The position numbers were made by a program, and so were the translations under genes. Below the pieces are notes generated by a model. That model saw only the letters and a list, made by a program, of their open reading frames with translations. It searched no databases and was not told the DNA's origin. Of a stretch of DNA of 64,000 nucleotides, positions 18,060 through 27,162 are shown in pieces. Origin of the DNA: Candidatus Poribacteria bacterium (GTDB lineage Bacteria > Poribacteria > WGA-4E > WGA-3G). The number at the start of each line of letters is the position of its first letter. The first letter of the stretch is position 1. The stretch covers positions 1,811,600 to 1,875,599 of the forward strand of contig OZ242310.1 of the NCBI GenBank assembly GCA_965207855.1. The letters are read 5' to 3'.

Positions 18060-18965
18060 ATGTACATCATCGGAATTGATGGCGGTGGAACAAAAACCGT
18101 TGGCATTCTGGCGACCGAAACAGGACAAGGTCTCGTAGAGGTTCAATCGGGACCCGCAAACTATCACGTGGTTGGTGAAACACAGACACAGGTGGTTTTG
18201 GAGAGCGTTGTTGAAGAACTATGTGAAAGGGTTGGCGTTTCAAGAACATGTCCGATTCGCTTCTGTTTGGGGATGGCAGGCTTGGGGCGCGCGGCAGATC
18301 AAGAAATCATTGGTCGGATTTGTGATGACCTCGGCATCCGAGGCAATCGGATACTCACTCATGATGCACATATTGCGCTGGTTGGCGGGATTGGTAAGCA
18401 GGAAGGCGTAATCGTCATCTCTGGGACGGGTGCTATTGTTTACGGTATCAATGCCGAAGGTAAAGAAGGGCGCGCAAGTGGTTGGGGATATCTCATCGGT
18501 GATGAAGGCAGCGGTTACGACATTGCTATAAAGGGGCTTCGGGCTGTTGCTCGCGCTGCTGATGGTAGAGATACGCCAACTGAACTCACAGACCGAATTC
18601 TCAATAGTCTTGAACTGAATGAACCGAGTGAGCTGATTCGTTGGGTGCACGCTGCAAGTCGAGATACTATAGCCCACTTGGCAGAAATTGTGTTTGACGC
18701 TGCCCGAGCAGAGGATGGCGTTGCAGGACGGATTATTGACGGTGCTGCAGATGAACTCGTTTGTGCTACACGACGTGTGATTGAACAATTAGGATTCGGA
18801 AAGTCGTTTGATATTGTTCTCAGTGGCGGCAATCTCGTTCATCAACCGATTTTGGTCGATAAGATCCGTCAACAGTTTGCGGAGATTCAACCAGAGGCGG
18901 TGGTGCGACTTCCAAAGCATGAACCTGCTTACGGTGCAGTGTTATTGGCACAAATGAAGTTGTAG
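18060..18965 (+). CDS. BadF/BadG/BcrA/BcrD-type ATPase family sugar kinase (N-acetylglucosamine/N-acetylmuramate kinase-like)
   Basis: 'YIIGIDGGGTKTVGILAT' phosphate-1 motif, 'ISGTGAIVYG', 'GWGYLIGDEGSGYDIA'; ATG at 18060 after GGAGG. Confidence 0.75.
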   Translation: MYIIGIDGGGTKTVGILATETGQGLVEVQSGPANYHVVGETQTQVVLESVVEELCERVGVSRTCPIRFCLGMAGLGRAADQEIIGRICDDLGIRGNRILTHDAHIALVGGIGKQEGVIVISGTGAIVYGINAEGKEGRASGWGYLIGDEGSGYDIAIKGLRAVARAADGRDTPTELTDRILNSLELNEPSELIRWVHAASRDTIAHLAEIVFDAARAEDGVAGRIIDGAADELVCATRRVIEQLGFGKSFDIVLSGGNLVHQPILVDKIRQQFAEIQPEAVVRLPKHEPAYGAVLLAQMKL

Positions 18966-18993
18966 TCAGAAGTTGTTTCTGGCGAAGGAATGC

Positions 18994-19878
18994 ATGCAAT
19001 CCACAACAGAGCAGCGAAACCTGAATTCTACCGAAATTGACCTGAAGTCGATTTCAGAAATCGTCCAAATCTTTCACGAAGAGGACCGAAAAGCGGTTGC
19101 AGCTGTTGAGGCAGAATCCGATGCAATCGTACACGCAATTGATTTGTGTGTTACTGCGTTTCGCACCGGTGGCAGGCTATTCTATATCGGCGCAGGCACG
19201 AGTGGTAGACTTGGGGTCTTGGATGCTTCCGAATGCCCACCGACCTTTAGCACGCCTCCTGAGATGGTCCAGGGGATTATTGCAGGTGGTGATGTCGCCC
19301 TGCGTCACGCTGTGGAAGGTGAAGAAGACAGACCTGAACGTGGTGCACAAGTTATCAGGGAACGTCAACTCACACCGCAAGATGTACTCGTCGGAATTGC
19401 GAGTAGTGGACGCACACCTTATGTCATCGGGGCTTTGAAGGAGGCTCACGCTATCGGCGCAACGACGATATTTTTGTGTTGTGTTCAACCGCCTGAGCAA
19501 CTTAAAGAGTGGGTGACGCATTTCGTTGCACCGATTGTCGGTCCCGAAATCATTACAGGTTCGACGCGTTTGAAGGCTGGGACAGCCACAAAACTCGTCT
19601 TGAACATGCTGACGACTGTTTCTATGATAAAATTGGGCAAAATCTACGACAATCTGATGGTAGATGTCCACGCTTCTAATACCAAGTTAGTTGAACGGAG
19701 TATACGGATTGTCCAAGCCGTCACTGGCGTTGATGCTGCGGTGGCTGAAGCGACGTTAGTACAGGCAGGCGGGCGGGCAAAATTGGCTATTGTAATGCTT
19801 GCAAAAGGATTGAACCCGACAGATGCAGACGCACTATTAGAAAGACATTCGGGTTTTCTAAGAAGCATTCTCGAATAA
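18994..19878 (+). CDS. murQ: N-acetylmuramic acid 6-phosphate etherase
   Basis: SIS domain 'GGRLFYIGAGTSGRLGVLDASECPPTFSTPPEMVQGIIAGG', collinear with E. coli MurQ from its Met1; ATG at 18994 after GAAGGA. Confidence 0.85.
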   Translation: MQSTTEQRNLNSTEIDLKSISEIVQIFHEEDRKAVAAVEAESDAIVHAIDLCVTAFRTGGRLFYIGAGTSGRLGVLDASECPPTFSTPPEMVQGIIAGGDVALRHAVEGEEDRPERGAQVIRERQLTPQDVLVGIASSGRTPYVIGALKEAHAIGATTIFLCCVQPPEQLKEWVTHFVAPIVGPEIITGSTRLKAGTATKLVLNMLTTVSMIKLGKIYDNLMVDVHASNTKLVERSIRIVQAVTGVDAAVAEATLVQAGGRAKLAIVMLAKGLNPTDADALLERHSGFLRSILE

Positions 19879-19970
19879 AAAACGCCAATCTATCCTTAGC
19901 AGACGCTGTGGCGCGCTGCTTGCAAGCGCATCTGAAGGCGATTAAACGCGCAATTTATAGGGGGAACTGT

Positions 19971-20930
19971 ATGGATACGAAGGATACAAAAGTTGGGCTT
20001 GCCAAAACCGGTAGGCGACGTTCTAATGTTTTTAAGGCACTCGACAATATACGTGATGTGCTTACACCGAAAGTCGATGAGCAGGTATTGTTGAAACCGA
20101 ATTTCCTCTCCAGTACGAACCAACTCGCTTCGTCGCATCCAGATGCGATGCGCGGGGCACTGGATTTTCTACTAAGTACACCGCACCCCCCGAAAGAGGT
20201 CATTATCGCTGAAGGTGCTAATGAGAAATTTTCGGGTGAGGCGTTCCAGATTTTCGGCTATGAAGCACTCCAAGCCGAGTACGATCTCCCCATTCGACTT
20301 GTGGATTTACATCAAGAGACCGAATGGGTAGAAACGAAGGTTTTTCTTGCTGAACGCAATGAAGATACCGTCCGGATGCCGAAAATCGTACTGGATTGCC
20401 CCTGCACAATCTCTGTCGCTATCGCTAAAACGCATGACGCGGGTGTTGTGACGCTTGCTATGAAGAATATGATTATGGGGACCTTGCATAAAGAAGATCG
20501 GATTAAAATGCACGGCTACCACAGTCATGCAGACCGTGTGCTTCCGCGCGAAGCACAGACGCTGAATATCAACCTCCTTCGACTCTCACGCTACCTTAAG
20601 CCTGATATTGCTATCGTTGATGGGACTGTCGGGTTACAGGGCAATGGACCCGGCGGTACTGATTCTGTTCCGCTTGGTGTCGCAATTGTGAGTGATGATG
20701 TGTTCGCAGCGGACGCTGTCACAACGAAGGCAATGGGCTTTGAACCGTTGGAGATTGGACTTTTTCATTACGCAAATGAGATGGGCCACGGCGTTGCGGA
20801 TTTGAGCGAAATTGATGTCGTTGGACCTGCAGTTGAAACAGTCGCGACATCTTTTAAGCCCCATGAAACCGCTGAACTTCAGTTTCAGTGGCAGGAAATG
20901 AATCCTACAGAATATCTGGCAGCTGACTAA
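19971..20930 (+). CDS. DUF362 domain protein
   Basis: 'VLLKPNFLSS...HPDAMRGALDFLL...VIIAEGA' pattern of DUF362; ATG at 19971 after AGGGGGAA. Confidence 0.55.
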   Translation: MDTKDTKVGLAKTGRRRSNVFKALDNIRDVLTPKVDEQVLLKPNFLSSTNQLASSHPDAMRGALDFLLSTPHPPKEVIIAEGANEKFSGEAFQIFGYEALQAEYDLPIRLVDLHQETEWVETKVFLAERNEDTVRMPKIVLDCPCTISVAIAKTHDAGVVTLAMKNMIMGTLHKEDRIKMHGYHSHADRVLPREAQTLNINLLRLSRYLKPDIAIVDGTVGLQGNGPGGTDSVPLGVAIVSDDVFAADAVTTKAMGFEPLEIGLFHYANEMGHGVADLSEIDVVGPAVETVATSFKPHETAELQFQWQEMNPTEYLAAD

Positions 20931-20943
20931 CAAAAGGAGAACT

Positions 20944-21813
20944 ATGAAACGCTTCTATAATGTACTTATTCTGTTTTCAATATTCCTTACCGCGCCAGCA
21001 TGGGCGTGGTGGGGCGGCGGACATGATATCATGACACAGGCATCCGTCAAGGTACTTCCCGAGGAGATGCCTGAATTCTTTCGAGCCTCCGGAAAAATGA
21101 TTGCTCACTGCGCCTACGACCCAGACCTATCCAAGGAGCGTAGCCTACCGCACGCACGGCAGGCTGAATACGGTGAACACTACATCGATGTGGAACTCTT
21201 CGGGGAGCATCCGATTCCAGAGGGGCGCGAAGCACACATTAAGTTGTGTGCAGAGTTGGGACTTGCTCCGCGGACGATTGGTACACTCCCCTATGCTTTG
21301 GCAGAATGGACAGAACGGCTCGCTCTTGCTTTCGCAGAGTACCGGAAGTGGCCCGACAATCCGATGATCCAATACAAATGTTTTCTCTATGCCGGATTCC
21401 TTTCACACTACGCACAGGATATGTGTCAACCCTTACACCTAACAATCCATTTTGATGGCATTGTTCAAGAGGATGGCTCAAAGCTGCATAGGGGCATCCA
21501 TGAGAAGGTCGATTCGGCAATTGAGATGTTGAAACTCGATCCCACAGAACTCGCGAAAGCACAACAGATTGAAGCCGTCGATGAGCTTATGCCAGCGATA
21601 ATAGAACAGATTAAAGCAGGACACGGTTTGGTTGATAGCGTTTATGCACTCGTAGAAGACTGGCAAAATCTGAAAGACCCGACCCCTGCCTTGGTTGATT
21701 TCACAAACGAGCAGGCGCGTGAAGGCGTACGTTGGACTGCTTCACTCTATCTAACTGCGTGGAAACTTTCTGAGAATATTAAACTGCCCGGTTGGCTTGA
21801 CCGCGCACAATAA
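20944..21813 (+). CDS. Secreted S1/P1 nuclease family (zinc-dependent phosphodiesterase) protein
   Basis: Mature N-terminus 'WGGGHDIMTQ' (WGxxGH), 'EHYIDVE' (compare P1 'LHFIDAE'), 'HYAQDMCQPLH' (compare P1 'HFIGDMTQPLH'). Confidence 0.7.
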   Translation: MKRFYNVLILFSIFLTAPAWAWWGGGHDIMTQASVKVLPEEMPEFFRASGKMIAHCAYDPDLSKERSLPHARQAEYGEHYIDVELFGEHPIPEGREAHIKLCAELGLAPRTIGTLPYALAEWTERLALAFAEYRKWPDNPMIQYKCFLYAGFLSHYAQDMCQPLHLTIHFDGIVQEDGSKLHRGIHEKVDSAIEMLKLDPTELAKAQQIEAVDELMPAIIEQIKAGHGLVDSVYALVEDWQNLKDPTPALVDFTNEQAREGVRWTASLYLTAWKLSENIKLPGWLDRAQ

Positions 21814-21846
21814 TGAAAATATATAACACTCAAAGGAGATATAACT

Positions 21847-23235
21847 TTGTTACAACAGTGGAAACCTGATCCGACTTTTTACCCTTCCCCCAAGATGGCG
21901 ATTGAGGCACCTACGGAAGAACTCGCTTACGTCGCTGCACCCCGGGATGACGGCAAACCTGATACGATGTGCGTTGTTGACCTCAACGAAGCGTCTGGCA
22001 CTTATGGTCAGATTATCAATAAGTTGGAGCTCGGTGTTCGGGACGAGATCCATCACTTCGGTTGGAACGCATGTAGTGCAGCACTCTGCCCGTACGCACC
22101 ACATCCTTACGTGGAACGCCGCTATCTCGTGGTGCCAGCACTACGGGGTTCTCATATCTATATCCTTGATGTTAAAGAGGATCCGAAGTCACCGAAACTC
22201 ATTAAGACTTTGACGGCTGACGAAGTTGAAGAACGATCCGGATATACGCGTCCACATACGGTACATTGTGGACCCGAAGGTATCTATATTAGTGCTCTCG
22301 CTTCGGCAGGCTCCGAAGAGGGCCCCGGCGGCATCTTCCTCATGGATCACTACAACTTCAATATCCTTGGACAATGGGAAGTTGAACGCGGTTCCCAATC
22401 CCTCTCTTACGATTTCTGGTGGCACTTGGGATATGACATCGCTGTTACCAGTGAGTGGGGATATCCGGCAATGATTGAAAATGGTGTGAGTCTTGAAGAT
22501 TTGGGCGCACGCAAGTTCGGACATAAAATCCATATCTGGGATATTCGACACCGTAAGAACATCCAGACCTTGGATTTAGGCGATGACTACCAGATGATCT
22601 TGGAACTGCGTCCTGCGCACGATCCAACTAAGGCTTATGGGTTTGTCAATGCCGTGTTGAATATGAATGACCTCTCCAGTTCGATCTGGACCTGGTATAA
22701 AGATGGCGACGATTGGGGCATTCAAAAGATTATTGATATTCCAGCACAGGCACCTGAAAATCCTGATGATTTACCACCGGCTTTAAAGGATATCGGAATG
22801 ATTCCGCCACTGGTTACGGATCATATCCTTTCGTTAGATGATCGGTTCCTGTATGTCTCTTGTTGGGGCACCGGGGAGTTATTGCAATACGATGTCTCCG
22901 ACCCGTTCAACCCGAAGCATACCGGCACCGTTGAAATAGGTGGTATTACAAAATCTCATCCGCATCCGGCAGCTGGACCCGTCAGCGGTGGTCCCCAGAT
23001 GGTTGAATTGAGTCGCGACGGCAAACGCCTCTACTTCACGAATTCGCTCTACGTCGCTTGGGACAATCAGTTCTACCCAGACGGCGCAAATGGATGGATG
23101 GTGAAGGCGGATATAAATCCCGATGGCGGACTCGAATTGGATCCTAACTTCTTTGTAGGTTTCGGCGACAGCCGCGCCCATCAGATTCGCTTACAAGGGG
23201 GCGATAGCTCATCGGATACCTTCTGTTATTCGTAG
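21847..23235 (+). CDS. Selenium-binding protein / SBP56 family (methanethiol oxidase-like)
   Basis: 462 aa; 'CGPEGIYISALASAGSEEGPGGIFLMDHYNFNILGQWE' and overall SBP56 collinearity; TTG start 8 nt after AAGGAGA (alternative ATG at 21895). Confidence 0.8.
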   Translation: MLQQWKPDPTFYPSPKMAIEAPTEELAYVAAPRDDGKPDTMCVVDLNEASGTYGQIINKLELGVRDEIHHFGWNACSAALCPYAPHPYVERRYLVVPALRGSHIYILDVKEDPKSPKLIKTLTADEVEERSGYTRPHTVHCGPEGIYISALASAGSEEGPGGIFLMDHYNFNILGQWEVERGSQSLSYDFWWHLGYDIAVTSEWGYPAMIENGVSLEDLGARKFGHKIHIWDIRHRKNIQTLDLGDDYQMILELRPAHDPTKAYGFVNAVLNMNDLSSSIWTWYKDGDDWGIQKIIDIPAQAPENPDDLPPALKDIGMIPPLVTDHILSLDDRFLYVSCWGTGELLQYDVSDPFNPKHTGTVEIGGITKSHPHPAAGPVSGGPQMVELSRDGKRLYFTNSLYVAWDNQFYPDGANGWMVKADINPDGGLELDPNFFVGFGDSRAHQIRLQGGDSSSDTFCYS

Positions 23236-23381
23236 GGATTGATGGTATTTCTTAATAGGCATGCCGCTGGCGTGGTTTTCGACTTTGCTTTCAAAGCGTG
23301 CATGCCATTACTATGCTGTTTTAAAAGAGGGTATGCAGGTTCTCTTGCAGCACCCTCATATTATCGGTAGAAAGATATTTT

Positions 23382-24035
23382 ATGGACGCTATTTCGTGGG
23401 TAGGTTACATTAGCCTCGGTGTATTTCACGGTATTAATCCGGGGATGGGCTGGCTTTTTGCGGTTGCGTTGGGTATGCAGGAAAAACGGAGAAGTGCGGT
23501 TATTGGCGCGCTCTTTCCAATGGCACTCGGACACGCGGTTTCGATCGGGGTCGTGGTACTGGTGATTGTTTTAGCGCAACAACAAATACCGGAGAAGGTG
23601 CTTGGTATCGCTTGTGCGGTTGTTCTGTTCGGTTTTGGGCTATATAAGTTGTTCCGGGCAAGGCATCCGAAGTGGGTCGGGATGCGTGTTAACTTCAAGG
23701 ATTTAACAATCTGGTCTTTTCTAATGGCTTCTGCGCACGGCGCGGGCTTGATGCTCGCACCGCTTTTGTTACGGATGCCGATGGCATCAGCGCATTCTGG
23801 ACATGCCCACCACGCATCGGCAACTATGACGGATAGTGCTACGCTGTTATTATCCGCTGTCGGCGTACATACCCTCAGTTTTTTCGTTGTGACGGGGATT
23901 GTGGCGGTTGTCGTTTATGAAGTGGTAGGATTGGCACTGCTCCGCAAAGCGTGGTTTAATTTGGATATGTTGTGGTCTATCGCTTTGATGATTGCGGGTG
24001 TTGTCACGGCTGGCATGCTTTACTGGGGGCATTAG
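23382..24035 (+). CDS. NicO/RcnA-like nickel/cobalt transporter family membrane protein
   Basis: 6 predicted TM helices; 'LGVFHGINPGMG' resembles RcnA 'LGALHGLEPGHS'; His-rich loop 'SAHSGHAHHAS'. Confidence 0.45.
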   Translation: MDAISWVGYISLGVFHGINPGMGWLFAVALGMQEKRRSAVIGALFPMALGHAVSIGVVVLVIVLAQQQIPEKVLGIACAVVLFGFGLYKLFRARHPKWVGMRVNFKDLTIWSFLMASAHGAGLMLAPLLLRMPMASAHSGHAHHASATMTDSATLLLSAVGVHTLSFFVVTGIVAVVVYEVVGLALLRKAWFNLDMLWSIALMIAGVVTAGMLYWGH

Positions 24036-24052
24036 GCAAGCGCGGCTTTGAA

Positions 24053-24598
24053 TTACGTCTTGATTTGCTCAGGGAGCAATGCAATACTGAATTTATCGTG
24101 TAATGCTTGCATATCGGCGAAGTCTGTGTCTTGTAATGGATATCCAGCGTGCGAACGGACTTGGTAATCCACTGAGAGGCATTGTACCTCCCGTCCTCCA
24201 ATGTAACCCGCAACATCTAACTCTGATTTAGAAATAATCCAATCAAGTTCTCCCGGTCCGTAGACTGCCCCGCCATCTTCGGTCCGTTCAACCACATGAA
24301 AGTCAATCATTCCGTGTGATGGATGCCCCATCACAAAGTTTCGGTCCGTGCGGTCATCGGTATGGATGTCAACAAAGCCGTGTGCGAAAAGTGCCTCGGT
24401 TAATATGCTTGAATCTTCCCATGAGATGATAATGTCCAAATCTTGGTGATTTCGAGTCTGTTCACCTAATAGCGCGTCAACACCCCATCCACCATCAATC
24501 CAGACGCTGATGCCGAGCTCGTCAAAAAGATCAAGAAACCAGTGGACCATGTCAATGGTCATAGTCAGATTTTCATCAAGCAACACGCGCATCAGCAA
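24053..24598 (-). CDS. Aminoglycoside 2''-nucleotidyltransferase (ANT(2'')/AadB)-family nucleotidyltransferase
   Basis: 'LGISVWIDGGWGVDALLGEQTRNHQDLDIIISWED' closely parallels AadB 'LPLWIGGGWAIDARLGRVTRKHDDIDLTFPGE'. Confidence 0.6.
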   Translation of the reverse strand: MLMRVLLDENLTMTIDMVHWFLDLFDELGISVWIDGGWGVDALLGEQTRNHQDLDIIISWEDSSILTEALFAHGFVDIHTDDRTDRNFVMGHPSHGMIDFHVVERTEDGGAVYGPGELDWIISKSELDVAGYIGGREVQCLSVDYQVRSHAGYPLQDTDFADMQALHDKFSIALLPEQIKT

Positions 24599-24669
24599 CC
24601 TCTAACGTCATTTTTAGGTACGCGACGGCTTGCTCTTGGGAGACCGTCGGAAAGTCATTAAGAAACTTT

Positions 24670-24803
24670 AGGACTTACGCATTTTCTCTTAAAGTCCCCC
24701 TGATAAGGGGCGGGGAATGCCTTTAAGGCATTCATACCGTTGATTCTTTAGGGGGTTAAAAATAGTGAGTTCTCAACCTATGTGCTAAATTTGCGTAAGT
24801 CCT
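24670..24803. mobile_element. MITE-like element, copy 2 (terminal inverted repeats AGGACTTACGCA/TGCGTAAGTCCT), inserted into the 3' end of a DUF433 gene
   Basis: Same inverted repeats and body as 4081-4223; internal palindrome ggaatgcctttaaggcattc is unique to this copy; flanks AACTT/AACTT. Confidence 0.6.
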
Positions 24804-24933
24804 GAACTTATTAAGTGAATCGCCGGCCGTTAGATGTTGAATCAAAATCTCGACTGGCACCCGTGGGCCTGCGAAAACTAATGCGCCATTCATCACTTTT
24901 GGATTGCGCGAAACAATCTGTTCTTTTTTCATG
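24766..24933 (-). pseudogene. DUF433 (antitoxin-like) gene truncated by MITE insertion; last 12 codons plus the stop (24766-24803) are MITE sequence
   Basis: 'IVSRNPKVMNGALVFAGPRVPVEILIQHLTAGDS' matches DUF433 core. Reading frame then runs into the MITE inverted repeat (…LNKFRTYANLAHRLRTHYF*). Expected C-terminal 'YPxLTxEDIxAAL' absent. Confidence 0.5.
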
Positions 24934-24970
24934 AGTGAACCTCCTTGAAAAGGGTTACATGAAATCTATG

Positions 24971-25561
24971 TCAAAGCACTTCCAGCGCAGCTTCATATTT
25001 GTCTCTGACCAACTCTTGAACATCCGCTCGTAGTTTCTGCCAACTTCGTTGCAGTTTTGCCTTGACCCACGCGCTACCTTCATCAATTCCCATTCCGTGA
25101 TGAACATAAGCCAAGTATAACAGCGAAGGAATCCCCTCAATATGGGACATCGCATCGGCATTCGCCAGACATGCTCCCTCCGCACTCCTATGTTCTGCTA
25201 TGACACTCCCCCGGTGTGTCGCGATAGCTTCTTTTACGGATTCTATTTTTTCTGTAGGATAGCCGAAACGTTTCAAGAGTTTTTCGGCTTCAATTGGACT
25301 ATGGATATGGTGATCGGCGTAGAGTGCTTCGTCCTTTATGCTGGCGTAATCGTGGAGTAACGCCGCAAATTCCACAATTTCAGGGTCGGCATCAAAACGT
25401 GGGGCGAGTTGTTTCGCGTTTTCAATGACTTGTAGGATATGGTGGGTCCAAATGTCATAACCGAAGATATTCGTATCAGCAGCACACGCCTGTTCGACAA
25501 TTCGCTCAATTTCGTTTTTCACGGTTTCAATCATGTCAATAGTCTCTGTCTTCCTTTTCAC
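24971..25561 (-). CDS. HD-domain phosphohydrolase superfamily protein
   Basis: 'FAALLHDYASI' H..HD motif, later His/Asp; starts 6 bp after the ParE/RelE stop. Confidence 0.7.
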   Translation of the reverse strand: MKRKTETIDMIETVKNEIERIVEQACAADTNIFGYDIWTHHILQVIENAKQLAPRFDADPEIVEFAALLHDYASIKDEALYADHHIHSPIEAEKLLKRFGYPTEKIESVKEAIATHRGSVIAEHRSAEGACLANADAMSHIEGIPSLLYLAYVHHGMGIDEGSAWVKAKLQRSWQKLRADVQELVRDKYEAALEVL

Positions 25562-25567
25562 CTATAT

Positions 25568-25831
25568 CTAATAGACCTTGCTACGGTGTCCAATTTGGTG
25601 AACAGTTACCTCTCTGATACTTTTATTAAACGAATAGATGATCCGATAATGTTTAGCAATTTTTAAACTGAACTTTCCTTTATACTTACCTTTCAGTGCT
25701 TTGTGGCGTTCATTGTCAGGATTTTGGCATAACTTTTCCAATCTTTTACGAATCCGCTGGGCTATAGGCAGAGACAAACGCTCCAAATCTGATTCAGCCC
25801 GCAAGTCCATTACCAATGTATACATTATCAA
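25568..25831 (-). CDS. Type II toxin, ParE/RelE superfamily
   Basis: 'YRIIYSFNKSIREVTVHQIGHRSKVY' C-terminal signature; 4-bp overlap with upstream antitoxin-like gene. Confidence 0.65.
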   Translation of the reverse strand: MIMYTLVMDLRAESDLERLSLPIAQRIRKRLEKLCQNPDNERHKALKGKYKGKFSLKIAKHYRIIYSFNKSIREVTVHQIGHRSKVY

Positions 25832-26508
25832 TCTATTCCTAACTTTTTGAAAACCTTTTCCATTGGGATCAATTTAGCCGTTCCATCTTCGTAATCGGCT
25901 ACGCGCCGATCCAGCTCTTCTGCGAATTCAGATCGTATCTCTAACCCTTCGTCTGGATCATAGTGATAATCTTCCAAGGCGAGCTCCAAGAGTTCATAAG
26001 CAACGAAAAACTCTCGAAATGCAGCATCCAGTTGTGCTGTTGAAGTGTCCTTTTCAAGCAACGCTGCAAGTCGACCCCGCGAGGCGAAAATATCTTGGGT
26101 GACAAGTAGGTGTAACAGTTCGTGAAATTCAGAGAGAGGCAACTCGACAATTTTCTTCTTCGGCATGGGATCGCTATCTAAGTAGATTCCCATCCGTCTG
26201 AAGATGCGCTGTTCAAGCGTCGTTTTACGATTAGCAAGGATATATTCGCGTTGTCGCTTTAGTTTTTTGGCGAGTAGCGTGTGTGGGTCTAATCCGTTGA
26301 GGGGGTCTTCTTCGTATTCTTCAAACCAAAATCCCAAATCTTCAGTATCACCGTGGAAATGAAAGAATTCTGCTTCCAGTGCCTCCTGAGAACTATTCTT
26401 CACCAATAGCGCAGCGAGCCGTTCTCGTGATTTGAAGAGTTCCTCGTTGACGAGTATGTGCAGAAACTCGCGAAACTCAGTAGAGTTCATCTCTGTAATT
26501 TTTTTCAT
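25828..26508 (-). CDS. Antitoxin-like protein: two tandem ~90-aa helical repeats plus C-terminal 'putative addiction module component' segment
   Basis: Internal duplication 'EFREFLHILVNEELFKSRERLAALLVKNSS' / 'EFHELLHLLVTQDIFASRGRLAALLEKDTS'; C-terminal 'EFAEELDRRVADYEDGTAKLIPMEKVFKKL' resembles the TIGR02574-type tail. Confidence 0.5.
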   Translation of the reverse strand: MKKITEMNSTEFREFLHILVNEELFKSRERLAALLVKNSSQEALEAEFFHFHGDTEDLGFWFEEYEEDPLNGLDPHTLLAKKLKRQREYILANRKTTLEQRIFRRMGIYLDSDPMPKKKIVELPLSEFHELLHLLVTQDIFASRGRLAALLEKDTSTAQLDAAFREFFVAYELLELALEDYHYDPDEGLEIRSEFAEELDRRVADYEDGTAKLIPMEKVFKKLGID

Positions 26509-27162
26509 GGTAATTCTTTCCTATATTAATGTGGAATGGCATAATGAATTCAACTCGTTTCCAATAGTATTAAGAATACCACGTAACTGGAGTCGCAACA
26601 ACCAGAAAATTAGATTGTGTAGCGATATGAGATGTTTTTGATATCCCAGAACTCAAAACGAAAAGTTTGTCTTTTTTCTCTACCTATGCTATAATTTCTG
26701 TTCAGTATACAGAAAATTTTGATTAGGTCTCTCAATATGGGCTAAGAATAATAAGGAGAACCTTAACTTGGTGATAGACCCCGCCCTAAAGGGCGAGGCT
26801 TCTGCAAAAGTAGTCTTTGCAAAAGCATTCGTGCGATCAACAACTCCTGCTTCCAGTCAAAGTCTTACGAAGCCTACTGCAACAGACGCTACCCCGACTG
26901 CGACAAAAACGTGTCCTTACGAAAAATTTGATACACATTTTCAAATGGGATTCAGCATGACCTGTCTTTCCCGACTGTGTATGTCAAGCAGATTTTCAAC
27001 AAGTATAGAGTCGTATGGCTTTTACGTAGTCGTCTCACTTGTTTAGCACATCTACCACAGCATCGACTACAACCTATGCCGATTACAGATATATTATAGC
27101 AAATTTGACCATGGATTTCAAGGAGAAATAGCGTCTACATCCCCAACCTAACGGATGGGGTT

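Noticed and set aside
23236-23381. GGCATGC ... GCATGCC 7-bp inverted repeat upstream of the NicO-like gene as a candidate metal-regulator operator
   Set aside because: Arms short and 33 bp apart; does not match NikR/RcnR-type operators; insufficient evidence.
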